Positions 32,963 to 42,092 of a stretch of DNA of 52,734 bases are shown in pieces. The notes under the pieces are model-generated. The model did not search any database. It was given only the letters and a program-made list of their open reading frames with translations, and was not told where the DNA came from. Numbering within the stretch: the first letter of the stretch is position 1; every line of letters starts with the position of its first letter. Both the position numbers and the translations under genes were made by a program. The DNA is taken from assembly GCA_038045185.1 (NCBI GenBank), contig JBBSYO010000020.1, positions 1-52,734 on the forward strand, written 5' to 3'. This DNA comes from Nanobdellota archaeon (GTDB taxonomy: Archaea; Nanobdellota; Nanobdellia; Pacearchaeales; GW2011-AR1).

Positions 32963-33055
32963 ATCAAAAAGTTCTTGAGTTCATTGTGTGAACTTTTGGA
33001 TGCTCAGGAATGCTGCGCCCTAAAGGGCGTGGTTTGAACCACATTCCTGACATCA
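32963..33055 (+). repeat. structured element E3 (short form)
   Basis: ATCAAAAAGTTCTTGAGT... Hairpin AAAAGTTC/GAACTTTT, then TCAGGAATG...CATTCCTGA. Collinear with 52522-52680. Confidence 0.75.
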
Positions 33056-34865
33056 TCAGCCCAGAAACAAGAAAAGCAATCCACCATATCAAAGCACCGC
33101 GATCTTTCTCTTCTTCGCGGCAATCGTGGCAATCAGGTCCTCCACAATCCGCCCCAGCCTCATTAATATCCTTGACCATGTTATAGCAATGAAGAGGATA
33201 ACGCTTGGCAGACTGCATCAGCAAAACGCGCAACGTCGGGATATTCTCATTCAAAATAACCTGCGCGACTGGTGCAGACAATTGCGCATTGACGAGAGAG
33301 ACGCCCTTTTCTCCAGGAGCAAGCGGATTATCCGAAGTGCCGTCATAAGGAGTCACACTCACCACTGCAGACGAACTCTCTATACGTATCACACTAACTG
33401 AAATATCATAAGCCCTATCGCCGTCCAAATCAAACACTCTCGTCTCCCCAGCAATCATGTCAGATTCTTGCGGACTGCTCGCAACACGCACACGCACGCT
33501 ATTCTTAGACACGCGAAGCACACTAACAGCATGCTCCTCTCCCTGCACACGAACAAGAATCTCTGCGTTCTCCTTCAATTCACGCGTCACGCTGCCATAA
33601 AGAGATAAATCCTGTTCCAGATAATCGTATGTCGCGCGTGTGCGTGTATCTCTCCGTGCAGAAATGCGCGCAGAATCATCGCTTGGAGGGGTCTCCTGAA
33701 CAAGAGTCTCATCAGGCGTAATATCAGAATCGTCATCATTAAAAGCAACCACATCAAGCGGTGGACTTGGCATTACACATATTTTTGTATCCGTGAATGT
33801 ACGCTCGCAAACTTCGTCATAACATGTACGCGACTGCACGACTTGAGGTATTTCGTCCTCAAGCGCCACTAGTCCATCAAAAGAAAGACTTGTACAAGAA
33901 CTATATGGTCCGCACACTATCTTTACTCCACACTCAAGTTCACTATCAGCAGAAGGCAGTCCGTCTGCGTCTTCAAGAACTGTCCCATCAGGACCTAACG
34001 GCTCTTTATCAGGACCTGTCTCGGTCACAGACTCAACAGCAATATATCTCTCGGATGTAGCAAAAGATTCAGTCAGATAAATAAAAGAAATATACAAATC
34101 CGCCCATTTACGCGGAGTAGTGAAAGAGAACTTGCTCAAGTCTATAGCCACTGAATTATCCTTATCAGAAAATCCTTTAACTTTTTCAGTATAGAGAGAG
34201 CTAATACGTACAGTTACGCCAGACTGCGTTAAAGAAACAAAAGATTTATCAGTCTTCTCGCCCCGAAGCAAAACAGATTCTATACGTCCAAACTTTTCCG
34301 CAGGCAGTGTGGCTTCAATATCTTTCCCAGCACGAACGCGAAACACACGCTCGCCCGTGATAACTTCTGAAATGACTGCTGAATCAATACTGGGAGCAGG
34401 AGCGTTAGGAGGAGGGTCATCCGGTAGAGTTATACCACCCGCAGGAGCCACACCTGAAACAGTTGCGCTGATCCTAGAAGATCCGCCAGAAGAAACAGGA
34501 GGAGTATCTGACAGCGCAAGAGTAACTTCAAGATAAGGAGAAAATTCAACTTCTTCCAGCGTTTCAGCAATAGAAGGTTCAAGCAGCACATCACGCAGAG
34601 GCATTCTTTTGGTAAGCGTGTTGACACTTAAAACAACATCGCTGTCAATAGGCAGTACTCCAGCTTCGTTAGGACGATAAAGGAAAGTGCCCTTGATAGT
34701 ATCTCCTGCAGTAATCTTATCAATAACAAAATCTCCTGCCGCGCGACCAGTCAATGTAAATTCAAAAAAGGCCAGGCTCGTCACCAAAATCAAAACAGCA
34801 AGCGCGAGAGAAACAACCAGCAACGTGCGTGAAAAATCAGAGCTGGGTGAGAGCATACGGACCAT
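32964..34865 (-). CDS. large surface protein with N-terminal signal anchor, Cys-rich region and C-terminal TM
   Basis: 633 aa. N-terminal LLVVSLALAVLILVTSLAFF and C-terminal ALIWWIAFLVSGLMMSGMWF. The last ~30 codons read through element E3. Confidence 0.6.
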   Translation of the reverse strand: MVRMLSPSSDFSRTLLVVSLALAVLILVTSLAFFEFTLTGRAAGDFVIDKITAGDTIKGTFLYRPNEAGVLPIDSDVVLSVNTLTKRMPLRDVLLEPSIAETLEEVEFSPYLEVTLALSDTPPVSSGGSSRISATVSGVAPAGGITLPDDPPPNAPAPSIDSAVISEVITGERVFRVRAGKDIEATLPAEKFGRIESVLLRGEKTDKSFVSLTQSGVTVRISSLYTEKVKGFSDKDNSVAIDLSKFSFTTPRKWADLYISFIYLTESFATSERYIAVESVTETGPDKEPLGPDGTVLEDADGLPSADSELECGVKIVCGPYSSCTSLSFDGLVALEDEIPQVVQSRTCYDEVCERTFTDTKICVMPSPPLDVVAFNDDDSDITPDETLVQETPPSDDSARISARRDTRTRATYDYLEQDLSLYGSVTRELKENAEILVRVQGEEHAVSVLRVSKNSVRVRVASSPQESDMIAGETRVFDLDGDRAYDISVSVIRIESSSAVVSVTPYDGTSDNPLAPGEKGVSLVNAQLSAPVAQVILNENIPTLRVLLMQSAKRYPLHCYNMVKDINEAGADCGGPDCHDCREEEKDRGALIWWIAFLVSGLMMSGMWFKPRPLGRSIPEHPKVHTMNSRTF

Positions 34866-34895
34866 TATCCAAAAAGCTAATTAAACTATATAAGA

Positions 34896-34911
34896 TTATG
34901 GATAATTCTGT
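34896..34911 (-). promoter_or_regulatory. 16-nt upstream motif shared with the rhomboid gene
   Basis: ttatggataattctgt begins 31 nt from the start codon at 34865, followed on the minus strand by a ttatatag TATA. Confidence 0.5.
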
Positions 34912-35118
34912 CGATTAGGGCAAGGGACGCTGATATTTAGCTGTTTACGCCTTTGCTACATGGAAAAAATTTTCCAATATTCGAAAGTTTTCAATCCAAA
35001 AAGTGCCTAATCACCATAAGATATTTCTGGGAAAAAGATATCTGTAACACCCGAAGATACAACAATACATTAAGGCAGAGAACTTTATATAGAACAAAAG
35101 AGAAAGGAAAGTATGAAA

Positions 35119-35350
35119 ATCAAAAAGTCCTTGAGTCTACCACAGCTTAAAACCTCAAGAACTGCAGTTCTTGATGGCCGTCAAAAATCTGAACTTAAGA
35201 AGATTTTTGAGGGGCGTGGTTTGTGTGGGACTTTGGGATGCAAGAGAAATCAGAAGATTTCTCGGCACAGAGAATTGCACGAGGAAAAAGCAATTCTCTT
35301 GTGCTCACGAACGCCACACTCTAAAGAGTGTGGTTTTAACGTTCGTGACA
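35119..35350 (+). repeat. structured element E2 (long form), directly upstream of pyrH
   Basis: Homologous to E1. tttatata at 35084-35091 lies about 27-30 nt upstream of its first base. Confidence 0.8.
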
Positions 35351-35364
35351 GAAGAACTTTGGTT

Positions 35365-36036
35365 ATGAGCTTGGGCGGCAGTGTCATCATACCAGAGCAA
35401 AAAAATGACAATTTTTTGCTGAAACTGCGCGCCACACTGAAGAAATATTATCGCACGCACAAGTTCGTGCTCGTCTGCGGAGGCGGTTCAATTGCCCGCG
35501 CGTACATAACCCTTCTTGAAAAAGAGCACAAAAACCATCGCGAGCAATCAGAGGCAGGCATTCGCGCAACGCGCATGAATGCAGAGCTTATCATGCAAGT
35601 ATTCGGAAAAGAGGCGAATTCAGCACTCCCGAAAAACATGAAATCAGTCAGGTCAGAGCTTCACAAAAATAACGTTGTCGTCTCTGGAGCACTCCGCTAT
35701 GCCCCGCATCAGACTTCAGACACCACTGCCGCTAAACTAGCAGCCTATCTGAAATCAGAATTCGTCAACCTAACCAACGTTCCTGGTCTATACACCAGCG
35801 ACCCGCGCAAAAACAAAGCAGCAAAACTAATCCCACACATCTCATGGAAAGAATTTGAAGCAAAGGCGCATGCAATAAGATTCAGTCCAGGAGAACATTT
35901 TGTCCTTGACCAGAAAGCTTCGACACTCATCAGGAAACACAAGATAAAAACATTCATTATGGGGAAAGATGCAAACAACCTCAAAAAATTCCTTAATAAT
36001 GAAAAGTGGCTCGGAACGCAAATCGACTCCCAATGA
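35365..36036 (+). CDS. pyrH: archaeal-type UMP kinase
   Basis: MSLGGSVI..., VLVCGGGSIARAYI, GIRATRMNAELI. The ORF-track extension back to 35113 only reads through element E2. Confidence 0.8.
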   Translation: MSLGGSVIIPEQKNDNFLLKLRATLKKYYRTHKFVLVCGGGSIARAYITLLEKEHKNHREQSEAGIRATRMNAELIMQVFGKEANSALPKNMKSVRSELHKNNVVVSGALRYAPHQTSDTTAAKLAAYLKSEFVNLTNVPGLYTSDPRKNKAAKLIPHISWKEFEAKAHAIRFSPGEHFVLDQKASTLIRKHKIKTFIMGKDANNLKKFLNNEKWLGTQIDSQ

Positions 36037-36404
36037 AAACCATTGTAGCATCAAACTCAGAAAAGGCGCGCAAGATTATTGAATCAAAAAGCTGCGACGT
36101 TCTCGTCTTAGATTTAGCAGGTCACGACAATGTAAAGAAGCTCTTCACAATAATCACTCCAGTAATCGCACGTATAGCGCAAACCAATAACATCGCGATA
36201 GGAATCAATGCACAGGCGCTCAAAAAGTTATCTTCGGTTGAAAAAGCAAGCACGCTCGCAAGATTAAGAGAAGTCATAAAATACTGCAGGAAAGCGCGCA
36301 CCAAACTAGCCGTCAACCTGTCTAAGCACGAAGCACGCGCCCTGCTTATTTCTCTCGGGGCATCAACCGAACAACTCACGAAAACGATAACACAACCTTT
36401 TTAA
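36033..36404 (+). CDS. short Rpp30 (RNase P protein component 3)-like protein, tentative
   Basis: ATGA overlap with the pyrH stop. IAIGINAQALKK...REVIKYCRKARTKLAVNLSKHEARALLISLGAS resembles the C-terminal half of Rpp30. Only 123 aa. Confidence 0.3.
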   Translation: MKTIVASNSEKARKIIESKSCDVLVLDLAGHDNVKKLFTIITPVIARIAQTNNIAIGINAQALKKLSSVEKASTLARLREVIKYCRKARTKLAVNLSKHEARALLISLGASTEQLTKTITQPF

Positions 36405-36426
36405 TAACACCAAGCCATAGCTTCGC

Positions 36427-37929
36427 ATGGAGAATATCAAGGCCTCGCTTTCGCCTTTAGAAAGGAAAATACTGCCATTTATCACGCTTCCGTTGCATGA
36501 AATACAGAAAAAGACAGGACTCGATGACACTTCAGTCACGCGCGGTCTGCGCTTTCTCGCGAATAAAAACATAATTGAGCTCACTCAAAAACAAAATCAG
36601 GTAATAGATTTGGGGATTAATGGTGTTTATTACAAAAAGAACAATCTGCCAGAACGTGTTTTAATCCAGTTACTTGAAAAAAGAATGCGCATGACTCTGG
36701 AAGAAGCAGAAAAAGCGTCAGGTCTATCGCCTAACGAATTTAAAGCCGCACTTGGGGCGCTCAAGCGCAAAGCACTGCTTGATATCACGAACAACAAACT
36801 TGTCCTCAAGGCAAAACACGAAGAAATTGTGCATAAATTCCCAGAGGAAAAACTTCTTGAAAAACTCCCAAAAAACAAAAACGATTTGTCAGATGAGGAA
36901 AAATATGCTTATGACTTGCTTAAAAGCCGCAAAAACATTATCGAAATAGTAGAAAAACAAGAGCTAAACTACAAAATAACACCTCTCGGAACAAAACTGC
37001 TCAGCGAAAAAATGGATTACGAAGAGTTACTAGAAGAGGTCACCCCAGAACTCATCAGGGAAGGAACATCAGACAAGCAGTTCAGGAGATACGATCTCCA
37101 AAGTGCTGCGCCAAAAATGCACGGCGGAAAAAAGCACTTCGTCAATGAAGCTCGTGCGTTCGCAAAACGAGTATGGCTAGACCTCGGATTTAAGGAAATG
37201 ACTGGTTCGATGACAGACAGCTCGTTCTGGATATTCGACGCTCTCTTCACCGCGCAAGATCATCCAGTGCGAGAAATGCAGGACACGTTTTACCTCAAAA
37301 ATAGCTTTATCGACCTTCCAACAGAAGACATCGTCACACGCGTACAACAAGCACACGAAAAAGGCATTGCAGGAAGCAGGGGCTGGAACTACGCCTGGGA
37401 TAAACAACAGGCTACACGCACCGCTTTGCGAACACACACAACATCCCTTTCAGCCCACACACTTGCATCACTTAAACCATCAGACCTGCCTGCAAAATTC
37501 TTTTCCATAGGAAAAGCATTTCGCAATGAAACAATTGACTGGTCGCATGGCATCGAATTTTATCAGACAGACGGCATCGTGGTCAGCAAAGACGTGAACT
37601 TCCGTCACTTGCTTGGATATCTTCAGATATTTTACCGCAAAATGGGATTTACAAATATACGCTTTAAACCAAGTTTTTTTCCCTACACCGAACCCTCGGT
37701 TGAAATAGACGTCTATCACAAAGAAAAAGGAATCTGGCTTGAATTGGGCGGAGCAGGCATATTCCGACCAGAAGTCACAGCCTCTCTTCTCGGCAATCAA
37801 ACTCCTGTACTCGCCTGGGGGCAGGGATTTGACCGCATCATAATGGATGCCTGCGCCATAAAAGACCTGCGTGAGATTTACAGCAACGATTTAAACACGC
37901 TCAGAACTAAAAAAATAGTGTTTATTTGA
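36427..37929 (+). CDS. pheS: phenylalanyl-tRNA synthetase alpha subunit (archaeal type)
   Basis: N-terminal wHTH repeats, FRNETIDWSH (motif 2 region), and GAGIFRPEV (motif 3). Confidence 0.9.
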   Translation: MENIKASLSPLERKILPFITLPLHEIQKKTGLDDTSVTRGLRFLANKNIIELTQKQNQVIDLGINGVYYKKNNLPERVLIQLLEKRMRMTLEEAEKASGLSPNEFKAALGALKRKALLDITNNKLVLKAKHEEIVHKFPEEKLLEKLPKNKNDLSDEEKYAYDLLKSRKNIIEIVEKQELNYKITPLGTKLLSEKMDYEELLEEVTPELIREGTSDKQFRRYDLQSAAPKMHGGKKHFVNEARAFAKRVWLDLGFKEMTGSMTDSSFWIFDALFTAQDHPVREMQDTFYLKNSFIDLPTEDIVTRVQQAHEKGIAGSRGWNYAWDKQQATRTALRTHTTSLSAHTLASLKPSDLPAKFFSIGKAFRNETIDWSHGIEFYQTDGIVVSKDVNFRHLLGYLQIFYRKMGFTNIRFKPSFFPYTEPSVEIDVYHKEKGIWLELGGAGIFRPEVTASLLGNQTPVLAWGQGFDRIIMDACAIKDLREIYSNDLNTLRTKKIVFI

Positions 37930-37930
37930 C

Positions 37931-39559
37931 ATGGCAAAGCTAAAATTTCCGCGCAAACTGATTGAACAGCACCTTAAGTTAGACAACTCAACAATAACCG
38001 ACCTTAGTTTATTTGGCACCCCGCTCGAATCACTAACTAATGAAGAAGTGGAACTCGAAATATCTGCCAACCGCCCCGACCTTCTTTCGGCGCGCGGATT
38101 TCTTCGCGCCTTTCAGGCTTACAAAGGCAAAAAAACAGGGCTCAGAACATACGCCGTAGCGCACGACCGTAAACCGAACTACACAGTCGTTATAGACAAG
38201 GGCGTTAAATCATGTCCCCGACCGCACATAGCCTGTGCCGTAGTTAAAAACCTTTCGCTAACAGATGCGACTCTTAAAGAGATTATACGATTACAAGAAA
38301 AGTTAGCACTCACGCTTGGCCGTCAACGCAAGAAATGCGGCATAGGTATCTATCCAATGGAAAAAATAAATTTCCCAATCAGATACGAATCTCGTAAGCC
38401 ATTAGATATCGAGTTCACGCCTCTCGGTTTTACAAAATCAGCAAACGCTCACCAGATTCTGCAAAAACACCCGATAGGAAAAGAATATGCACACCTGCTA
38501 GATGGCGCGGATAGATTTCCCATATTCATCGACGCAAAAAAACAGATTCTTTCCATGCCTCCGATAATTAACAGCCAGAACACTGGTCACGTCACCGCGC
38601 AAACAAAAGATGTCTTCATCGAATGCTCAGGTCAGGACATTACAATACTCAATGCCGCGCTATCCGTCTTCGTCACGTTTTGTGCAGAAATAGGTGGCAC
38701 GATTGAAGCAGTTGAAATGCGCGGCGATAATAAACATATCTCGCCAGACCTTAAAGCAAAAACAATAAAGCTGAATAAAGAATCAATTGAACGCACACTC
38801 GGCATCACTCTAACTGAAAAAGAAATCGCACAGCTTCTCTCGCGGATGGGGCACGATTACAATAAAGGAGTCGTCACCTACGGTTGCTGGCGCATAGATA
38901 TCTTACACGAAGCAGATATCATTGAAGATATTGCTATTGCCTACGGCTATGATAAATTCACACCCATCATTCCAGGCATTTCCACAGTAGGAGAAGAAGC
39001 GTTCGAAAGCAAAGCCGAAACCAAAATAATCGAATCTTTGGTTGGCTTGGGCTTTCTCGAAACTACATCATTACACTTTATTACAGCAGAAGAAAAAGAA
39101 AGGGAAAAAGTAGAGCACCCCATAGAAGTCGAAGACCCGCGCACCGAGTATGCTTATCTAAGACCCAACCTGCTAATACCGACGCTAAGAACACTGGCGC
39201 ACAACCTCCACGCAGAATATCCTCAAAAAATATGCGAGACAGGAGCAGTATTCACCAGAAAACTTAATCAAATCAGAGAAGAACAGCACCTCATAATTGC
39301 GCACACGCCAGCCAACTTTACCATCATAAAGCAAGAACTTGATTATCTATTCCGTATGCTCAATCTCACTTACGAACTAAAAGAAACACAGGTCAACGGA
39401 CTAATAGAGGGCCGCACAGCATCAGTCATCTTTGAAGGCAAAGAAATCGGCTTCATTGGAGAATTTCATCCCTCAACATTGCGGGAATGGCATCTCAAAA
39501 TGCCTCTTGCCGTAGCAGAGATTAATCTAATACATATCTATGAGATATTGAAGAAATAA
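37931..39559 (+). CDS. pheT: phenylalanyl-tRNA synthetase beta subunit (archaeal type)
   Basis: 542 aa immediately after pheS. B3/4- and B5-like regions (ISANRPDLLS, IGIYPM). Confidence 0.9.
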   Translation: MAKLKFPRKLIEQHLKLDNSTITDLSLFGTPLESLTNEEVELEISANRPDLLSARGFLRAFQAYKGKKTGLRTYAVAHDRKPNYTVVIDKGVKSCPRPHIACAVVKNLSLTDATLKEIIRLQEKLALTLGRQRKKCGIGIYPMEKINFPIRYESRKPLDIEFTPLGFTKSANAHQILQKHPIGKEYAHLLDGADRFPIFIDAKKQILSMPPIINSQNTGHVTAQTKDVFIECSGQDITILNAALSVFVTFCAEIGGTIEAVEMRGDNKHISPDLKAKTIKLNKESIERTLGITLTEKEIAQLLSRMGHDYNKGVVTYGCWRIDILHEADIIEDIAIAYGYDKFTPIIPGISTVGEEAFESKAETKIIESLVGLGFLETTSLHFITAEEKEREKVEHPIEVEDPRTEYAYLRPNLLIPTLRTLAHNLHAEYPQKICETGAVFTRKLNQIREEQHLIIAHTPANFTIIKQELDYLFRMLNLTYELKETQVNGLIEGRTASVIFEGKEIGFIGEFHPSTLREWHLKMPLAVAEINLIHIYEILKK

Positions 39560-39560
39560 A

Positions 39561-39690
39561 GAAAATCGTTGAAATTTCCTACCGAACCGGAGCAAGCTCC
39601 GCGGTATTCGGAAATTTCTACTCCACGATTTTCTAATTAGAATTTTTACTCCACAGCAAGCTGTGGGGTATTCAACCCAAAAATTCTAAT
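39561..39690 (-). repeat. 130-bp double-hairpin element, copy 2 (inverted relative to copy 1)
   Basis: Starts 2 nt after the pheT stop and ends overlapping the ATG at 39689. 126/130 identity to copy 1 after reverse-complementing. Confidence 0.9.
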
Positions 39691-40897
39691 GAAAATGAAT
39701 AGCGACTTACAACTCATGCGTAAAAAACATAAAATAACAATTATCGTCGCCTCCATTATTCTTCTGCTGGGCTTGACCTTCTTCGGCGGCTTCTATGTCT
39801 CATCTAAAAAGCAGGAAGCGAGCATACAGCATCCAGAGCAAAATGCAGGCATAATAACAGAAGAACCGATAATTGAGTCTCAAATAATAAACTTGAGTAT
39901 TGCACAGTTGACTCTTGATTCTGAGGATATAGAAGGTGGCTACATTCTAAAGAGGCACTCTTCTGGACTTATAAAAGAAGATAACAACGAATACTTTATT
40001 AAAAAATTTGATAAAGAGACTCTAGAGGTTAAAGAATTTAGAACTCTCTACATAGAGACGTATAAGTTTAGCACAATAGAAGAAGCCGACAAAGAGTTTG
40101 CTAAACTGGATGAAAATATCAGGAACCCTAATTTGAGATTTGAACCGATTGAATTAGAGCAGATTGGTGATGCCAGCAGATATTACAAAACAGATTATCT
40201 TTATAATTTCTATTCATTTGAAGGTTATCTGGGATTAGTAAAATTAAACAATATCATATTTAAAATAGGTATTTCTGGCATTTCAAACTCGATTAACAAA
40301 GAAGAATTAACATATTACTCAAAGAAGCTTATAGAGAAAACCGAGAAAGATTCGGCAGACAATTTTGAGATCTCAGCAACACAGAAGGCGCCCCCCAAAG
40401 AGAATCTGAAAATATCCTTACAGATTCGTAATCAAAGCTCTGGTACAAGCAACAGATGGAAAGAACAAGATAAAATAATTTTAGCTTGGGACTATAACTT
40501 TATCGATAACGAATTCAAGATAAGACAGAACACAGATGATAGCGGTAATACACTCTGGGTTCACTATTTTTATATGTCCCAGAATAAAGAGTTCTTGATA
40601 TTAGACACATGTCTAAACAATTCTCAAAACGAGAGCATTTCTCTCGTCTCCAAATACTTGCTGTTGCGAGATAGTCTAGGAAATATCTATACCGCCTTTG
40701 CAAGAGAAGATGAAATAAACATTCTCAGAAATAACAGAAAGGTCTGCGTGAAATATATCTTTCCTGTATTAAAAAAAGATAGATTTCCGAAGATTAAAGA
40801 GTTTAATCTTGAAATAAAAGACGAGAGAGGAACTACCTTGGGAAAAATCGGTGTCGCGGCTAGCGATTTGAGTAGATACAGACAAGAGAACAACTAG
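39689..40897 (+). CDS. membrane-anchored hypothetical protein (402 aa), AT-rich
   Basis: N-terminal TM ITIIVASIILLLGLTFFGGFYV; no motif recognised. Confidence 0.5.
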   Translation: MKMNSDLQLMRKKHKITIIVASIILLLGLTFFGGFYVSSKKQEASIQHPEQNAGIITEEPIIESQIINLSIAQLTLDSEDIEGGYILKRHSSGLIKEDNNEYFIKKFDKETLEVKEFRTLYIETYKFSTIEEADKEFAKLDENIRNPNLRFEPIELEQIGDASRYYKTDYLYNFYSFEGYLGLVKLNNIIFKIGISGISNSINKEELTYYSKKLIEKTEKDSADNFEISATQKAPPKENLKISLQIRNQSSGTSNRWKEQDKIILAWDYNFIDNEFKIRQNTDDSGNTLWVHYFYMSQNKEFLILDTCLNNSQNESISLVSKYLLLRDSLGNIYTAFAREDEINILRNNRKVCVKYIFPVLKKDRFPKIKEFNLEIKDERGTTLGKIGVAASDLSRYRQENN

Positions 40898-40941
40898 AGC
40901 CTGACAATCGTATAAGTATTAACTAGACCTGTGATTCTATA

Positions 40942-41013
40942 AGCCTCAGGGGGGAATTGAACCCCCGACTTCAACATTACCAATGTTGCGTTCTACCGCT
41001 GAACTACTGAGGC
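40942..41013 (-). tRNA. tRNA-Thr (GGT)
   Basis: GCCTCAG-TA-GTTC-AGCGGTA-GAAC-G-CAACA-TTGGTAA-TGTTG-AAGTC-GGGGG-TTCAATT-CCCCC-CTGAGGC-T. Confidence 0.9.
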
Positions 41014-42006
41014 AAGTCTGTCAAGATGTCGCTCGTTAGAAAAACCTATAAGATCCATCCAACGCTTCACCTGATTAATACCGTAAATCTCTATTATATA
41101 AATTTGTCTTTTTTCATTAAAAGTATTATATAGGCTAAAATGTCGAGATAAATAAGAAACTAATTGATTATACAAATCTTTACTCACAGTCTGTAAAGCT
41201 ATTCTAGGATAATATAATTTGTAACTTTTTCTTTTATCTATAAAAACACAACCATCAGTATCAAATATGCCTCGGATAGTTGCTCTAACGAGTTCATCCT
41301 TAGATTGCATAATTCTATCGGGAATGGCAATAGTATGAGCTTTCTTGCCTGGAACGAATCCAAAACCATGTTTAAAAAAATTAAAAAGGTCTTTAGAATA
41401 AAAAACAATCCTCACACCATTAACCTTTCCATAAGAAGAATAAATATGAGGTTTTAAATCGGGAACAACAGATTTGAAAGTGGGAATTATTAATTCATTA
41501 TAATATTGCACATCATATCTTCTATCGCCTGCAAATTCTATATGATACAATTTATTATTATAAAGGTTAAAACATCCATCCCCGATAAAAGCACCTACAC
41601 ATTGACATATTGAATGAGATAATTGTAAAGAAGCTAAAGAATCTTTAAAGGAAGAATCTTCTATTTTATGATACCTCTTAATATTTTTTAATCCCGTTTT
41701 CCTGCCCTCATCAAATTTCTTAAAGTTAATAAGATAAGCCTTTTTTCCCCCCATAACTTGCCCAAAATTATCAGGTAGTTTTTCAATGTTAGAAGAAACT
41801 TTTATTTTATCAGCTTCAGATAAAAATTCAATCAATCTTACAAATAAACTTTCAGGTATAAAGCAAGATCCATTTCTATAATGTTCCAAGGTGGATTTTG
41901 GTATTCCAAATTTGCCTCTTAGACCTTTCCAAGAGAGATTAAAAGATATCTTAACAGAATCAAATAAGTAATTTCTAGTTAAATTGTCCCTAATTTCTAT
42001 TCTCAT
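40993..42006 (-). CDS. double-motif LAGLIDADG homing-endonuclease-like protein
   Basis: Motifs CVGAFIGDGCF and IRGIFDTDGCV. Start taken at MRIEIRDN (TATA aaatatataaa about 27 nt upstream). The last 7 codons and stop lie inside tRNA-Thr. Confidence 0.8.
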   Translation of the reverse strand: MRIEIRDNLTRNYLFDSVKISFNLSWKGLRGKFGIPKSTLEHYRNGSCFIPESLFVRLIEFLSEADKIKVSSNIEKLPDNFGQVMGGKKAYLINFKKFDEGRKTGLKNIKRYHKIEDSSFKDSLASLQLSHSICQCVGAFIGDGCFNLYNNKLYHIEFAGDRRYDVQYYNELIIPTFKSVVPDLKPHIYSSYGKVNGVRIVFYSKDLFNFFKHGFGFVPGKKAHTIAIPDRIMQSKDELVRATIRGIFDTDGCVFIDKRKSYKLYYPRIALQTVSKDLYNQLVSYLSRHFSLYNTFNEKRQIYIIEIYGINQVKRWMDLIGFSNERHLDRLASVVQR

Positions 42007-42038
42007 ATTTGATAACACGACTCGGGTTTATATATTTT

Positions 42039-42060
42039 GTGCTTCCTGAGCTACAGAGGC
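42039..42060 (-). pseudogene. displaced tRNA 5' fragment (acceptor 5' strand plus D-arm start) resembling tRNA-Thr
   Basis: GCCTCTGTAGCTCAGGAAGCAC versus tRNA-Thr GCCTCAGTAGTTCAGCGGTAGAAC. Its own TATA (tttttatagg) lies about 25-30 nt upstream. Confidence 0.65.
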
Positions 42061-42092
42061 ACACACACCTACCATAAAGTTCCTATAAAAAT

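Noticed and set aside
35113-35364. N-terminal 84 codons of the ORF-track protein 35113-36036
   Set aside because: This stretch lies entirely on repeat element E2 (hairpin modules) and has no protein-like character. UMP-kinase homology begins at MSLGGSVI (ATG 35365).
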